From: Octopus vulgaris
Lineage: Eukaryota
Assembly: GCA_951406725.2 (NCBI GenBank)
Contig: OX597822.1
Coordinates: forward strand, 101,246,001-101,310,000
Length of the DNA stretch: 64,000 bases
Direction of reading: 5' to 3'
Shown: positions 1 to 15,104 of the stretch, in pieces
Position numbering within the stretch: the stretch's first letter is position 1
Layout of the letters: each line of letters starts with the position of its first letter
Notes under the pieces: model-generated
What the model saw: only the letters and a program-made list of their open reading frames with translations
Told to the model about the DNA's origin: nothing
Database searches by the model: none
Made by a program: the position numbers and the translations under genes

Positions 1-210
1 TTTATATATTATGCACACACACACACACACGCACACACACACACAGAGGTACAAACACACATGCACACACATATATCCTTTGAGTTCGTATATGTGAAAC
101 GCGTTTAAGCTCGCTCAGAAAAATTCCTATTTTATTCCGCCTTCAGAGTAATTTTATGGGATGTTTATTAGTAATGGTGCTGCTATAGCGCAGGATGAAT
201 ATAGTAAAAC

Positions 211-2083
<1,873 letters not shown>

Positions 2084-2950
2084 AATTTACTTTTCGTTAG
2101 ACTATAAATCAGAATATAGAACAGGGTATCTTTAAAAACAATGAAGAAATTATCTAAGTAAAGGATGCGGCAGTAAAACCTATTATATTTTACAACCGTC
2201 ATTGGTACATGTAAAGTTAGATAGATAGCAACGGCGTCTTCATATAACCGGTGTCTTCATATATAGGTGCTTCACCGCTCCATTTTTCAGCTACCGTCGT
2301 TGTTTGGACCGTACCTTTCGGTTTGAGAATTTGTGAAGTATGACGAATCTGAATCTATTTTACCGCATCTTGTACAAAGATGCAGAAATGAACCATAAGG
2401 TTATGGGGATTGAAAAAAACCATCTCTACCATATTATATATTTCGAGAATGATGAGAAAAGATGTAAACGAGTATATAACCAAAGGTCGCAGGACAGACA
2501 CAAACATATATATACTCACACAGTCATACTTATATGTTATAAAACACTATTGTTGGTAAAATACGACTTTAAGCACATTCTATTCTATTGCTGTGCAGGA
2601 AAAAGGAAAAAAAAAGAGGGGACCCTGAAAGACCGATTTAAAGTTTATTGGCCACTCCTTGTGGTAGATGTATCCGGCTTCTTTTCTTCCACAGTAGCAT
2701 AGAACAGCATCTTATAGCCCAGTAGTAGCCAACGTAAACTGCATATTTGACATTTTAATGAAAACTTATCATTCATGCATGATACTGAGTATATTAGAAC
2801 GTTTTATAATATTTATATATATTTTAGTTCTTCTGAAATAATAACAATGTTGTGTATGCATTTGTATATAATATAAGTTTACGTATATCTGAATGAAAAA
2901 AAAAATATATATATATTTTCATTCAGATATACGTAAACTTATATATATAC

Positions 2951-3240
2951 TGGAGATGCAATGACCCAGTGGTTAGGGCAGAGGACTCGCGGTTTGGATT
3001 CCCAGACTGGGCGTTGTGAGTGTTTATTGAGCGAAAACACCTAAAGCTCCACGATGCTCCGGCACGGGGTGGTGGCGATCTCTGTTGTAATCTTTCGCCA
3101 CAACTTACTCTCACCCTTTCTTCTGTTGGCCTGCTCGCTTAGCCAGCGAGGAGACGTCATTTGAAAGCTAAAACAATGCGAAGTGCATTGTGACCAGCGA
3201 TGTATAGCAAAATTTGATAGCCTGGTTGATCACGGTGATA
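2951..3240 (+). mobile_element. tRNA-derived SINE family A, tail variant 2
   Basis: Same head as family A; 3' half matches 52560-52690 rather than the common tail. Confidence 0.85.
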
Positions 3241-3331
3241 ATATTTATATATATTTTAGCTGTTCTGAAATAATAACAATGCCGTGTATGCATTTGTATA
3301 TAATATAAGTTTACGTATATCTGAATGAAAA

Positions 3332-3373
<42 letters not shown>

Positions 3374-3834
3374 GTGTGTATGTGTGTGTGTAATGGACTC
3401 TCCCGGTTATTTCGACGCATGAACGTCCAGTTCTTCGAGGAGCTGAATGACCTATTCATATGATTAATGCGTTAAGTGATTGAGTATTCAACAATCGACG
3501 TCTATCCTTCAACTGTTTCACAAGAAGTATCCGCTTGACCCAGTGTTAGAATTACTGATTCAATCCATGCCACGAGCTGATTAAACTAAATGCTATTACA
3601 AGCTAATGGAAGCAGTATCTGTGTAATGTTAATATTGCATAATTTTAATTTTATAATCATAATAACATTAACGTCCACACTTACAAGAGCCTTAGATTAA
3701 AATTCCAGTGTGTATAATGTTAGTAAAGTGGATACAAAAGAAGAACGGTAATTGCTACAATAATTTGTCTCAGGGAAACATCTCCAGGATGTTAGAAAAC
3801 AGGGGTTCACTCAGGATGATGGGGGATCGCATAG

Positions 3835-4222
3835 AGAAGCACTTCGTCGGTTACGACGACGAGGGTTCCGGTTGATCCGAATCAACGGAACAGCCTGCTC
3901 GTGAAATTAACGTGTAAATGGTTGAGCACTCCACAGACACGTGTACCCTTAACGTAGTTCTCGGGGATATTGAGCGTGACACAGAGAGTGACAAGGCCGG
4001 CCCTTTGAAATACAGGTACAACAGAAACAGGAAGTAAGAGTGAGAGAAAGTTGTGGTGAAAGAGTACAGCAGGGATCACCACCATCCCCTGCTGGAGCCT
4101 CGTGGAGCTTTTAGGTGTTTTCGCTCAATAAACACTCACAACGCCCGGTCTGGGAATCGAAACCGCGATCCTATGACCGCGAGTCCGCTGCCCTAACCAC
4201 TGGGCCATTGCGCCTCCACGGT
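3835..4222 (-). mobile_element. tRNA-derived SINE family A
   Basis: A box TGGCCCAGTGG, B box GGTTTCGATTCC; TSD GGATCGCATAG at 3824/4223; many near-identical copies in window. Confidence 0.92.
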
Positions 4223-4504
4223 GGATCGCATAGCACAGTGTTTCGATCTTAGTGACGAATAACAAAACGGGTTATTTCGCTAATGAGGAGAATACGTGAG
4301 CTTTTTAACACATAAATCTCTTTAAGATGTTTTTCTGCGCCAAGATATTACACTTGGTGCCATTGCATATTTATATATATAGACTGAAATATGATACACA
4401 ATATTATAATAAAAAGGTTTCTGATAATTATAACGTTAATCGATCAGATATCGCTACAAATAGTTAACCAAATTGTCGTGGCTGTGTAAACATGCTCTGG
4501 GCAT

Positions 4505-4922
4505 ACTCTCTTTACTCTTTTACTCTTTTACTTGTTTCAGTCATTTGACTGCGGCCATGCCGGAGCACCACCTTTAGTCGAGCAAATCGACCCCGGGACT
4601 TATTCTTTGTAAGCCCAGTACTTATTCTATCGGACTCTTTTGCTGAACCGCTAAGTGACGGGGACGTAAACACACCAGCATCGGTTGTCAAGTAATGCTA
4701 GGGGGACAAACACAGACACACAAACATATACACACACACTTATATATATATACATATATACGACAGGCTTCTTTCAGTTTCCGTCTACCAAATCCACTCA
4801 CAAGGCATTGGTCGGCCCGGGGCTATAGCAGAAGACACTTGCCCAAGATGCCACGCAGTGGGACTGAACCCGGAACCATGTGGTTGGTTAGCAAGCTACT
4901 TACCACACAGCCACTCCTGCGC
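4505..4922 (-). mobile_element. tRNA-derived SINE family C (internal TA/TG microsatellite, (GTAAAAGA)n tail)
   Basis: Head GGAGTGGCTGTGTGGTAAG..GGTTCAGTCCC, CORE-like TTGGGCAAGTG; multiple copies. Confidence 0.9.
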
Positions 4923-5133
4923 ATGTTAAAGTATATTAACAAAAAAATAAAAATAAGGAATATTAACAAAAAATGAATATCCAGACCAGCACATAGCCAA
5001 AGCTCCATGAGTTACAAATACGCGCAACGTAGAGGTAATAATGTAGCCAGATACATCACATGTATTACGTAGAATACTTTCAAAAGTACCGGTAGTACCA
5101 AACCAGATCATAAGACTGTAAGTATTTAAGTCA

Positions 5134-5519
5134 GTGGAGGCGCAATGGCCCAGTGGTTAGGGCAGCGGACTCGCGGTCGTAGGATCGCGGTTTCGATTCC
5201 CAGACCGGGCGTTGTGAGTGTTTATTGAGCGAAAACACCTAAAAAAGTTCCACGAGGCTCCGGCAGGGATGGTGGTGATCCCTGCTGTACTCTTTCACCA
5301 CAACTTTCTCTCGCTCTTACTTCCTGTTTCTGTTGTACCTGTATTTCAAGGGCCGGCCTTGTCACTCTCTGTGTCACGCTGAATATCCCCGAGAACTACG
5401 TTAAGGGTACACGTATCTGTGGAGTGCTCAGCCACTTACACGTTAATTTCACGAGCAGGCTGTTCCGTTGATCGGATCAACCGGAACCCTCGTCGTCGTA
5501 ACCGACGGAGTGCTTCCAA
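5134..5519 (+). mobile_element. SINE family A, full length
   Basis: TSD AAGTATTTAAGTCA at 5120/5520. Confidence 0.94.
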
Positions 5520-6822
5520 AAGTATTTAAGTCACAAAAAAATGCACTCAGTAATACTGTGAACGAAGACAATGAAACCAGAATAGCTGAAAAATATAATA
5601 ATATTGAATTTTATAAATAGGTTAATAACACGATCCCTCATTATTCGATAATAAGATGGTTAAGAGATCGAGCGGATAGCAATCGGTTGTAAACACGAGG
5701 ATCATAACAAGAAATAGTAAATGGAAGATAGAATTCCACTATTAAAGTCAATAGAATAAACTGTCAATGGGACAGCTTATGTTTATTGATTTTTATTGCA
5801 TGTTTGATACTCTTAGCAAAGATTGTAAGGGATGGACGTATTGTCATAAAGGAAGTAAAACATCTTTCTTACATAGAAGAGATGAAAGTGTTAACAATGA
5901 ATGAAGGACCAACAGGCTTTCTATTACAACCAGCACATGGATTGAGTGAAGGTATCGTGATGAAAGATATTAATGAGAGGGAACATATCGGAAAGTAATA
6001 TAATTTAATTATATAATAAATTACTATATGATTAATATATAATGATTACTATATAATAAAATAACACAGGTAGCTATAGATACTTATATGTAACTGATAT
6101 ATAAGATGAAAGAAATTAATACAAAACAAGAGTTTTAGAAAGAAATACATCGCAAATAATAATTAGATATAAGCTAAATATATGAAAGTATAAATGTAGA
6201 TAATTGATAATGCAGATAATTAATAATAAGCAGGCGTAAGGGGCATAACAGACGCGCAGATATTTGCTACATATTCCATACTGAGAATATCCCTGTATCA
6301 TTATTATGTACCACAACAATTACTGTTAGTTTGGTCCATTTTAGAGAAAACACAGAATTTTCTTTATAAAATGTAAAAACATGGTAACACAGTATGGATC
6401 ATACATCTGGAATATATTTGTAAACTATAATTAAAGAATTTGAATTGATTCTCAGTACGTTTTTTATCCACCCTACTTTCTTTTGGAAGTTAGACTTGAA
6501 GAATTTAATGAGGAATTGGCCTGAGACTTAACCTATGGCTGTCTACAAAATTCTGGAGAACATACATTCCAGTTTGTAAAAGACAATAATGTAGTAAATT
6601 ATAACAGATTAGGTGTAATCCTACCTCTGTTCGACATTACCTTGAGAGGTTCCCCTCATGTTTTTTCTGGGTAAGACTAACTCCCACTTTGCTATTTCGT
6701 TTCAATTGCTATCCTCCTGTGGGCCCAACCAAACTCGAGATGAAGAAGCTTAAGGGATATTTCTTATAGCACTTTCCATGAGTTAAGAATGGGGCATCCT
6801 TCTTCTTCTTCTTATTATTATT

Positions 6823-7120
6823 CAGTAATCTTATTTTTATCACGTGGTTTCACTGCACGACCGAGCGCAGCTCTATGTGCGCCTTGGGTATGTTCTGTAG
6901 TTCTTTTTGTAGTACTCTTATTTTAACTGCATTGAAAGTGTTTTACGTTGAGTGTGTGCGGTGCCTAGTAGGACTATTTTCTGTATGTTAAACATACTTG
7001 TAAGTCCTGGTGTTTTAGTTATGTACTTGTCTGGCTTTTTTATATTAGTATACCTAATGTGCCTACTACAATAGGGATTGTTTCTTCTTTTAGGCCCCAC
7101 ATTATTCGAGTTACATCTAT
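6823..7120 (-). mobile_element. R4/Dong-like LINE 3' end fragment
   Basis: NIQKIVLLGTAH motif; 3' UTR matches 51062-51158; flanked by (TTA)n. Confidence 0.8.
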
Positions 7121-7149
7121 TATTATTATTATTATTATACGAGATAAAT

Positions 7150-7320
7150 GTGGCGAGAGTCCCAGATGAACTTACCTCACGGCAAGAGTTTCAAATGAGG
7201 GTAACTATATCAAACTCCATTCTTCACCAAGTGCCACATATTAGAGGAGGCTCGTAGTAATAACAGTGTAGCAAAACGGCGGTGCATCAGCATGGCCATA
7301 GCTCTGAGCTAAAACTTGAG
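7150..7320 (+). mobile_element. CR1/L2-group LINE extreme 3' end
   Basis: Translates VPDELTSRQEFQMRVTISNSILHQVPHIRGG, homologous to 43050-43390; tail CAGCATGGCC. Confidence 0.7.
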
Positions 7321-7324
7321 AAAA

Positions 7325-7665
7325 AAATGTGGGATTTTACAATCCAGTATGATTTAGTGATTGATGCTCGTAGACCAAACGTTGTTGTAGTTCATAAAAT
7401 GATGAAGGAAACTTTGATGATCGATTTTCCTACACTTGAGGATGTACGAGAGAATGATAAAGAACTGGAAAATATTGAGAAGTACAAACCACTAAAAAAT
7501 GTTGGCAAGGAAGAAAGTAACTGTCATCCGAGTAGTTCTAGGGGCGTTGGGAGTATTAACAATCACACTTGAGAAATTTGTTGGAGAAATTAGGATTGGC
7601 ATGAGAGGAGAACATGCTCAGAAAACTGCTTTGTTGTGTACAGTGGTGATTTTGAGATTGGTATT
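7325..7665 (+). mobile_element. Degenerate R4-like RLE endonuclease fragment
   Basis: WDFTIQYDLVIDARRPNVVVV..LMIDF..KELENIEKYKPL resembles the RLE PD..D..K region. Confidence 0.65.
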
Positions 7666-7675
7666 TAGATGTTAA

Positions 7676-8068
7676 AAGGTGGCGAGCTGGCAGAAACGTT
7701 AGCACGCCGGGCGAAATGCGTAGCGGTATTTCGTCTGCCGCTACGTTCTGAGTTCAAATTCCGCCGAGGTCGACTTTGCCTTTCATCCTTTCGGGGTCGA
7801 TTAAATAAGTACCAGTTACGCACTGGGGTCGATATAATCGACTTAATCCGTTTGTCTGTCCTCGTTTGTCCCCTCTATGTTTAGCCCCTTGTGGGTAATA
7901 AAGAAATAGGTATTTCGTCTGTCGCTACGTTCTGAGTTCAAATATTTCTTTCGGGGTCGATTAAATAAGTACCAGTAACGCACTGGGGTCGATATAATCG
8001 ACTTAATCCGTTTGTCTGTCCTTGTTTGTCCTCTCTGTGTTTAGCCCCTTGTGGGTAGTAAAGAAATA
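7676..8068 (+). mobile_element. SINE family B, head-to-tail dimer
   Basis: GGCGAGCTGGCAGAA head, B box GAGTTCAAATTCC; second unit restarts at GGTATTTCGTC; TSD GGTATTTRGATGTTAA at 7660/8069. Confidence 0.9.
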
Positions 8069-8632
8069 GGTATTTGGATGTTAAGTATCATGGAAAAAGA
8101 CCCAGTGAGACCCTTGACAACAGGTTGTCCGCTTTTACAGATTTAGCCGGAGCAAGTGAAATCAAGAACTCTAAGTGAAGTGAAGTGACAATAAATCGTC
8201 AGCTTATTTAACCGCTTGGTGTAACTAATTTTATTATAATGCACGTGCAGTCAAAATATGTAACGTTAGAACTTGGGTTTAACTGAAGAACGTATGGGAT
8301 CGGTCAGGAAATTATATATAAACGAAGGGTTGATTAGAGACGTTGTACAAAGAGAACTTTTAAAAACGAAAACAAACACATTCATAAACAACTATAAACG
8401 ATCGCATACTGTGAATTATATAAGATACTATTTAGGCAGTCCATGCATTTAGGATTCCCCACCCACAGAACCGGTCAGAAACCATTTGTTTTATCGTTTA
8501 GAACGTTTCACCTCTTTGCTCTCCCCTATTCTGCCGCTCATACTGGAGTATTATGTATCAACATTCTTTGCGTGAGAGGAGACAAGATACAGTACGTACC
8601 CCCTGGAGAGTCCTGCCTTACTATGTTATAAT

Positions 8633-9018
8633 GGAGGCACAATGGCACAGTGATTAGGGCAGCGGACTCGCGGTCGTAGGATCGCGATTTCGATTCCCAG
8701 ACCGGGCGTTGTGAGTGTTTATTGAGCGAAAACACCTAAAAGCTCCACGACGCTCCGGCAGGGGATGGTGGTGATCCCTGCTGTACTCTTTCACCACAAC
8801 TTTCTCTCACTCTTACTTCCTGTTTCTGTTGTACCTGTATTTCAAAGGGGCCGGCCTTGTCACTCTCTGTGTCACGCTGAATATCCCCGAGAACTACGTT
8901 AAGGGTACACGTGTCTGTGGAATGCTCAGCCACTTACACGTTAATTTCACGAGCAGGCTGTTCCGTTGATCGGATCAACCGGAACCCTCATCGTCGTAAC
9001 CGACGGAGTGCTTCCATC
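8633..9018 (+). mobile_element. SINE family A
   Basis: TSD ATGTTATAAT at 8623/9019. Confidence 0.93.
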
Positions 9019-9803
9019 ATGTTATAATGTTATGGTATTATTTTCGTGTAATGTCTGTCACGAGCACGTTTCCTGCATTCTGGCCATATTTGTTGTTCTG
9101 AGAATTAGAACAGCTGTTATTTTCTGCTTGCTCTTCCCTCTAAGCTTCGCTGCTGAAGTGCAGGTCGGCGGTACCATAGCGTAGTCTTGATAAATGGATG
9201 CAATTACTGTCTAACTTATTGTCCAAGACTTACCTCAAGTCTGTGAATGAGACTGTTCTTTTTAATGTTATTTTCGTTGCTGTTATCAAGCAAAGTAGTT
9301 AAGTCACTTTCGGTGTTTCAAATATCTATATGTTGGTGTGAAGAATTTGTATTCATGTTATTACACATTATAAAGGAATCTTTCTTTAATACACTGAAGA
9401 AGACAATAAATAACAACATTACGATGCCTTTTACATTTATCCAGTAAAAATTAGTTTCTATACGCTTGAATACTCAAAACCAGTAGATTGTGCGGGATTA
9501 AATAAGCAATCTATGCCACACAATTTACAAGATACCAAGAAAAAACACAACTGGATGAGAAAATTAAATTCTAAGCTGCGAAGCATGTAAAATTACTCAA
9601 CTGAAAGTATATAACCCTTCATAGAAGAAAAAAGGGAATTAATAAAACACATGATGTGTGATTCAACACAGCATAAACAACGAACAAACAAGATTCCTAA
9701 CATTTGAATTTTTGAAACGAAAATAAAAAGCAAAAACCAAAATATCAACTTTAAATAATAAATTAAAATTCTATACCATTCGAGAAAAAAATCTATACCA
9801 TTC

Positions 9804-10160
9804 GAGGCGCAATGGCCCAGTGGTTAGAGCAGCGGACTCGCGGTCATAGGATCGCGGTTTCGATTCCCGGACCGGGCGTTGTGAGTGTTTATTGAGCTCC
9901 GGCAGGGGATGGTGGTGATCCCTGTTGTACCCTTTCACCACAACTTTCTCTCACTCTTACTTCCTGTTTCTGTTGTACCTGTATTTCAAAGGGCCGGCCT
10001 TGTCACTCTCTGTGTCACGCTGAATATCCCCGAGAACTACGTTAAGGGTACACGTGTCTGTGGAGTGCTAAGCCACTTACACGTTAATTTCACGAGCAGG
10101 CTGTTCCGTTGATTCGGATCAACCGGAACCCTCATCGTCGTAACCGACGGAGTGCATCCA
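9804..10160 (+). mobile_element. SINE family A with short internal deletion
   Basis: Matches other copies; interrupts the 9587-10262 duplicated segment. Confidence 0.9.
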
Positions 10161-10263
10161 CGAGAAAAATAGTACTTGTAAATTCCATTTTGGGAAATAA
10201 TATACAAAAAATTTAAAAACCAATAACAGCAAACCTAAGAAATATTTTGAAAACAAGGTTATA

Positions 10264-10485
10264 CATGAGATGGTGCTGAACAATTCCTGGTTTTAAGGGT
10301 TTCGTGAAAGGCCTGGTTAGAGGCCCAAACTTCCGAATCCTTTTACAGGACTTAGAAGAACTGAAGGATTGCTGCAATAAGTATATGGATCTGAGAGGAG
10401 AATGTGTTTAATAAAAATCATAATTAACTGATTCTCCTGTATTTTCTTTTACCTAAAGCCAGGAACTTTTCAGCAACACCTTGTG
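10264..10485 (+). mobile_element. mariner-derived MITE
   Basis: Terminal inverted repeats (TIRs) GTGCTGAACAATTCCTGG / CCAGGAACTTTTCAGCA; internal remnant of the transposase C-terminus; inverted sister copy at 34761-34969. Confidence 0.75.
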
Positions 10486-10721
10486 TGTATCCTGCCTGGA
10501 TAGAAGTGTACATAGCAATAATACAAATTGGACAAAATCTACTCAAAGCATCACAAATATCTGATTTATGACTTCGAAAACTGAAAATATTCTGTCGTTA
10601 GCAGCATTCAAAACTATTGGTATTTGTTGTTTGAGATACTGCACTACCAGATGATGGCAATGTTCAGCATTCTCTTTCTCAAACAATTCAAATCAAGTCC
10701 TTAGACGGTAATTTACCAGTA

Positions 10722-11064
10722 GGATTGAGACCCCCTTCGGTCATGACTGACCATGGGATTGCACCTAGAAAGTTACCCTCCCAGGCACAAGTCCGGACAA
10801 GGTTGTTTATGGAAGACCAGCAGTCGCCCATGGATATCGGCCTCCCCTCTCCACGTCACCAGTGTTATCCAAGGGAAAGGCAAAGGGGCCGATACAGCTT
10901 GGCACCGGTGACGTCGCAACTCCTTTCTACAGCTGAGTGAACTGGAGCAACGTGAAATAAAGTGACTTGCTCAAGAACACCACACGCAGCTCGGTCCGGG
11001 ATTCGAACTCACAACCTCACGATCATAAGCTCGACACTCTAACCACTGAGCCACGAGCCTTCAC
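10722..11064 (-). mobile_element. tRNA-derived SINE family D (CORE/Meta-like body, RTE-like 3' part)
   Basis: Minus strand TGGCTCAGTGGTTAGAG..GAGTTCGAATCCC, then TTGAGCAAGTCACTT..CCAGTTCACTCAGCTGTA. Confidence 0.8.
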
Positions 11065-12203
11065 CAGTAGGATAATAATGACATTAAAGAAATATTTAAA
11101 GAGGAATGCTCTCATGGTTTTCATTTTGTCCTATGGTTGCTGCCCTTAAATTAGCTAATAATTAAGCTAATTCAGATCACACAGCAATCTACAGCCTTGC
11201 ACTTCATTGTCTGTGACGTATAAATCATTTTCTAAATATCGAACAGAATAATCGAACATCAGCAAAAGAACAATTAATTCTTATCGAGCAGAGGGCTTGT
11301 ATGCCCAAAGTCCTACTAGACGATTCAACATTTCTTTGTTAACATGATATTACAGAGACTGTTTCTTCCTCTTGTGAGGTAAAATTACTCAACTGAAATT
11401 ATATAACCCTTCATATAAACAAAAAAAAAAGGGAAATAAAACACATCATGTATGATTCAATACAGCATAAACAGCGAACAAACACAATTCCTAACATTTG
11501 AATGTTTGAAACGAAAACAAAAAGCAAAAACCAAAACATCAACTTTAAATAATAAATTAAAAATTCTATACCATTCGAGAAAAATAGTACTTGTAAATTC
11601 CATTTTGGGAAATAATATACCCCAAAATTTAAAAACCAATAACAGCAAACCTAAGAAATATTCTGCAAATGTACTTATGAAAACAAGGTTATGTAAGAGA
11701 GGAAGAGGCTCTCAATTCCTCTTGTGAGAACAATTGAAACCCTCTTCCATTTTTTAGTATACCAAACAAACGAAATTCTATTTTACAATTCTCGCATATA
11801 TTCATCAAGTAAGGAGAGCCGGTTTCACTTCACCTAGTTCTGCCAGGATCCTTGCTATTCTGTATATTTCCACATGTCCAGTTATTCTCTTAATCTAACA
11901 ACACAATCAACACTGTCTCTTTTAAAGAGTATTTCTGTTTACATTTTGCTCGGTGTACGCGCCTGCAAGTCGTTCAGGTTATTGTTTGCTAACAATGTCA
12001 GCTACATTTGTGTTAATAGTATTCATGGGAAATCAATAGTCTTTCGTTTGTTGATCTGTGTTGCGCATTTGTTAATTTTAATTTTCCTTATTTTCTGCTT
12101 TTAAAATGCATTATACTCATTATTACTTTAAAGGAGAGTTTCAAATTGTTATAGCTGTTTTGGGCGACATATATGCAATGTGACTCTGACCGATTTAAAC
12201 TAA

Positions 12204-12597
12204 TCTTTATATATAAAAGTGAAGTTGTATGTCTGTCTCCTACGATTTAGATTCCTAACTACTCTCACATTTTGCGGTGCAGTTTAACCAAAACCGGGTA
12301 TCTTATAGTCGTGATTCATATCGAGCCCTTCTGGGTATTAGCGCGCGTCTACGATGAGTCTACGATTTAAAAAAAAATTACCATCAATTTTTCCCATTTT
12401 TAATGCATTTTTGGCATATATAAGGGAAGTAACTCTCTAAAAATATCTACGATGAGTCAACGATTTAAAAAAAATTTACCATAATTTTTTTCCCATTTTT
12501 AATGCATTTTTTTGCTATTTTTTGGCTATAACTCTCTAAAAATGTTTATATAGTTATTTTCCTTACAAACCCGAGCAATGCCGGGCGATACTGTTAG
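12204..12597 (+). mobile_element. Non-autonomous Helitron
   Basis: A|TC start, subterminal hairpin CCCG..CGGG, end TTAG|T (CTAG in sister copies), no TSD. Confidence 0.85.
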
Positions 12598-13156
12598 TAA
12601 CGTATAAAAAAACTGACTGGACAGTTATGGATAACCTTACTTCTAAAAGTTCGCGGTCTTTTTTTCCCCTGTGAAATAATTTTCTTCAAGAACATGGTAA
12701 TAGCCAACGTTTTCGAGATCCATAAAACGCATCTTGTCATGATAAGAAACAGTAAACACGGCAACAAGATTTACTTAATTTTACTAATACACCAACGCGG
12801 AGATGAAGAAGCAGTTTCGAGTCTTCTAGATCGTACCTGGATAGAATTTGATTTTGATTTGGAAGGTTGGGGAAGTGTAAGCTGTCACAATTGTTATAGT
12901 CAGCTACCACAGACAACATATTTGTGATCTACCGGATCAGTTTATCAAAAAAAGCCAACTAGACAAGTCTGATTATTTGTCAGACGTCTGCCACAACTGT
13001 GCGAACCGTGAAGTGGTTAAAACACAGGAGAACGAATAAAGGAATGGTGGCGATAACAATTTCAAAAGACCATTTGCTCATGATAGACATCATGTCTCTT
13101 GTTTACATATATTAGCATTTCATCTCCCTCTCTCTCACACACACATACACACTATC

Positions 13157-13192
<36 letters not shown>

Positions 13193-13217
13193 CTACTCTC
13201 TCTCTTCTCTCTCTCTC

Positions 13218-13640
13218 GTTGGTGGCGAAAAATTTCTCTTGAATTTTTAGCTACCCTGATATTGATTAATTAATGATTTTTTTGCTAATTCTGAAATTAA
13301 ATCAGCAGTTTATATTTGCTGCTGAGAAGTTGGCGCGGTGACGGTAGATTTTGAAAATTTAGAATATATATTCTCGAGGCGTCGATGCTGTCGCCTCATG
13401 GATATATATTTCCCTGGCTTCTTTGCTGACGAGACAGGCCAGTGGCAAATAGATTTAATTTAATTTAATTAAATCGGTTTGCCAATATGTATGTCGAAAC
13501 TATGCATAGTCCAAAGATGATAAGGGTAAATGTTTTTATTTTCCATTGGTTTCTGAATTACAACTATTTAGCGGTTTGAGTTTAGCTGCTCTTTCTAGTA
13601 GGTCGAATGGCCTATCAAGGCCATTCCTTAATATTGTTGT

Positions 13641-13642
<2 letters not shown>
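13218..13642 (+). mobile_element. Non-coding PLE-related/retrozyme-like element carrying a hammerhead
   Basis: Colinear homology with the 493-nt unit at 49005-49797; lies between (TC)n and (TA)n. Confidence 0.8.
13420..13517 (+). ncRNA. Type I hammerhead ribozyme, canonical core
   Basis: Stem I TCTTTG/CAAAGA, CTGACGA 13426-13432, stem II GACA..TGTC with long inner hairpin, GAAA 13496, palindromic stem III ACTATGCATAGT, GUC cleavage after 13511. Confidence 0.9.
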
Positions 13643-13691
<49 letters not shown>

Positions 13692-13795
13692 TATAATAGT
13701 CTGTTTGCCTAACTGTCTGTCTTTCTGCATGAAGTAATAAATATATTTATGATTGTATGTTTGTATGCATTTATGTGTGTGTCTGAGTATGCATG

Positions 13796-13846
<51 letters not shown>

Positions 13847-15104
13847 TGCGTGGGTCTGTGTAAGTGTGTACGTATGCGAGACTGAAGGAGAAAGAGAGTG
13901 GTGAGGAAGAGAGAAAAAGAGAGAGAGAGGAACACGCATGAATTGAGAAATTGATAATACTTATATTTCTCGTAGTTATTTGTACATTCATTAAATTTCC
14001 CGAAACTTCATGGCGAGTGGTAATTTTCAATGAGTTTCCAAAAATTGGTACCTACCATCAGTTGGTTGCATTTAATTTCGACATTTGTACCTCGGGCGTT
14101 TCCATTAAGTTAACGTCCATTTGTAAATACTTTTGCTACTTCAAGATTTTTTTAATATCATGCTGTTTGTAAGATTCTCTATTTACTATATTTATATTCT
14201 TCTACGTCTTCCTGCAAAAGTTTTATCAGATTTCATGCCACAGTATTATTGGTCCTACGGTATTGGTTGATATCTTATAAAATTTTACACTATCTTCTTT
14301 CATGTTTGTATCATACTGCTATATTAATTTGAATGGTTAAAATCGAAGTAAAGGACTTATAACTTATTTCAGAAGTGTCATCGTCTTATGGAGGTGGCTT
14401 TACACCACGAACATGAAATATATTTTCATCACGCATGCATCAAGTTCATAGAATAGATTAAGTAAAAATAATTAAATATATGAATAAATAAAATAGGAAA
14501 TAATCGAAAAGCTTATAACAATCTAATCCTCAAATGCTTTCTCACAGTTGGATGGTACTCAAGGAAATAGGAATAGAAAAGAAATTTTGGCAACTGTTAG
14601 GAAGACGAAGCTACAGTATATGCGTGCATGTCATCAGAGCCCAGAACCGCAGCCCCTACATCCGAGAAGGAACAGGCAATTTCAGGGAAGACAGTAAAGA
14701 AAGACGCTGGGCAGACTTCAAATAACGGCCCGGATAGATTCTTGGAGAGAAGAAGCAGGAATCGAGAGAGAGAAGGAGAGAGACAGAGAGAGAGAGGGAG
14801 AGAGAGATATGATGTCTACATCCATGATCTCCAGCGCTTAACAAAGAGGAACGGAATTCAAAAGGCAATATGTTTCTTTTGTGCGTTGTCCTTCATTGCT
14901 TTTCTTGTGGACACTCAGAATGTCGCGTCTTTTAAGCTTTTTCTTCTGTCTTTTGTTCACTCATACTCTGGATGTATCCAACCCGATCTTACCACCATGC
15001 TATTATAAATTGTCATTCAGTTTTGTTTGGTCTCGAATCCAGTTGGTAGTTTTATGGTTTTTCTACGTAAATAATTTACACATAAACAACTATGATGGAA
15101 TTCA

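Noticed and set aside
5134-5210. tRNA-like sequences with A and B boxes
   Set aside because: They are SINE heads continuing into shared bodies with TSDs; no complete cloverleaf
9040-9240. Possible minus-strand host exon boundary (GAG|GTAAGT near 9232)
   Set aside because: A splice-like motif alone, with no recognisable protein; needs RNA-seq
14628-15008. 126-aa ORF
   Set aside because: Runs through a (GA)n tract and has no identifiable motif
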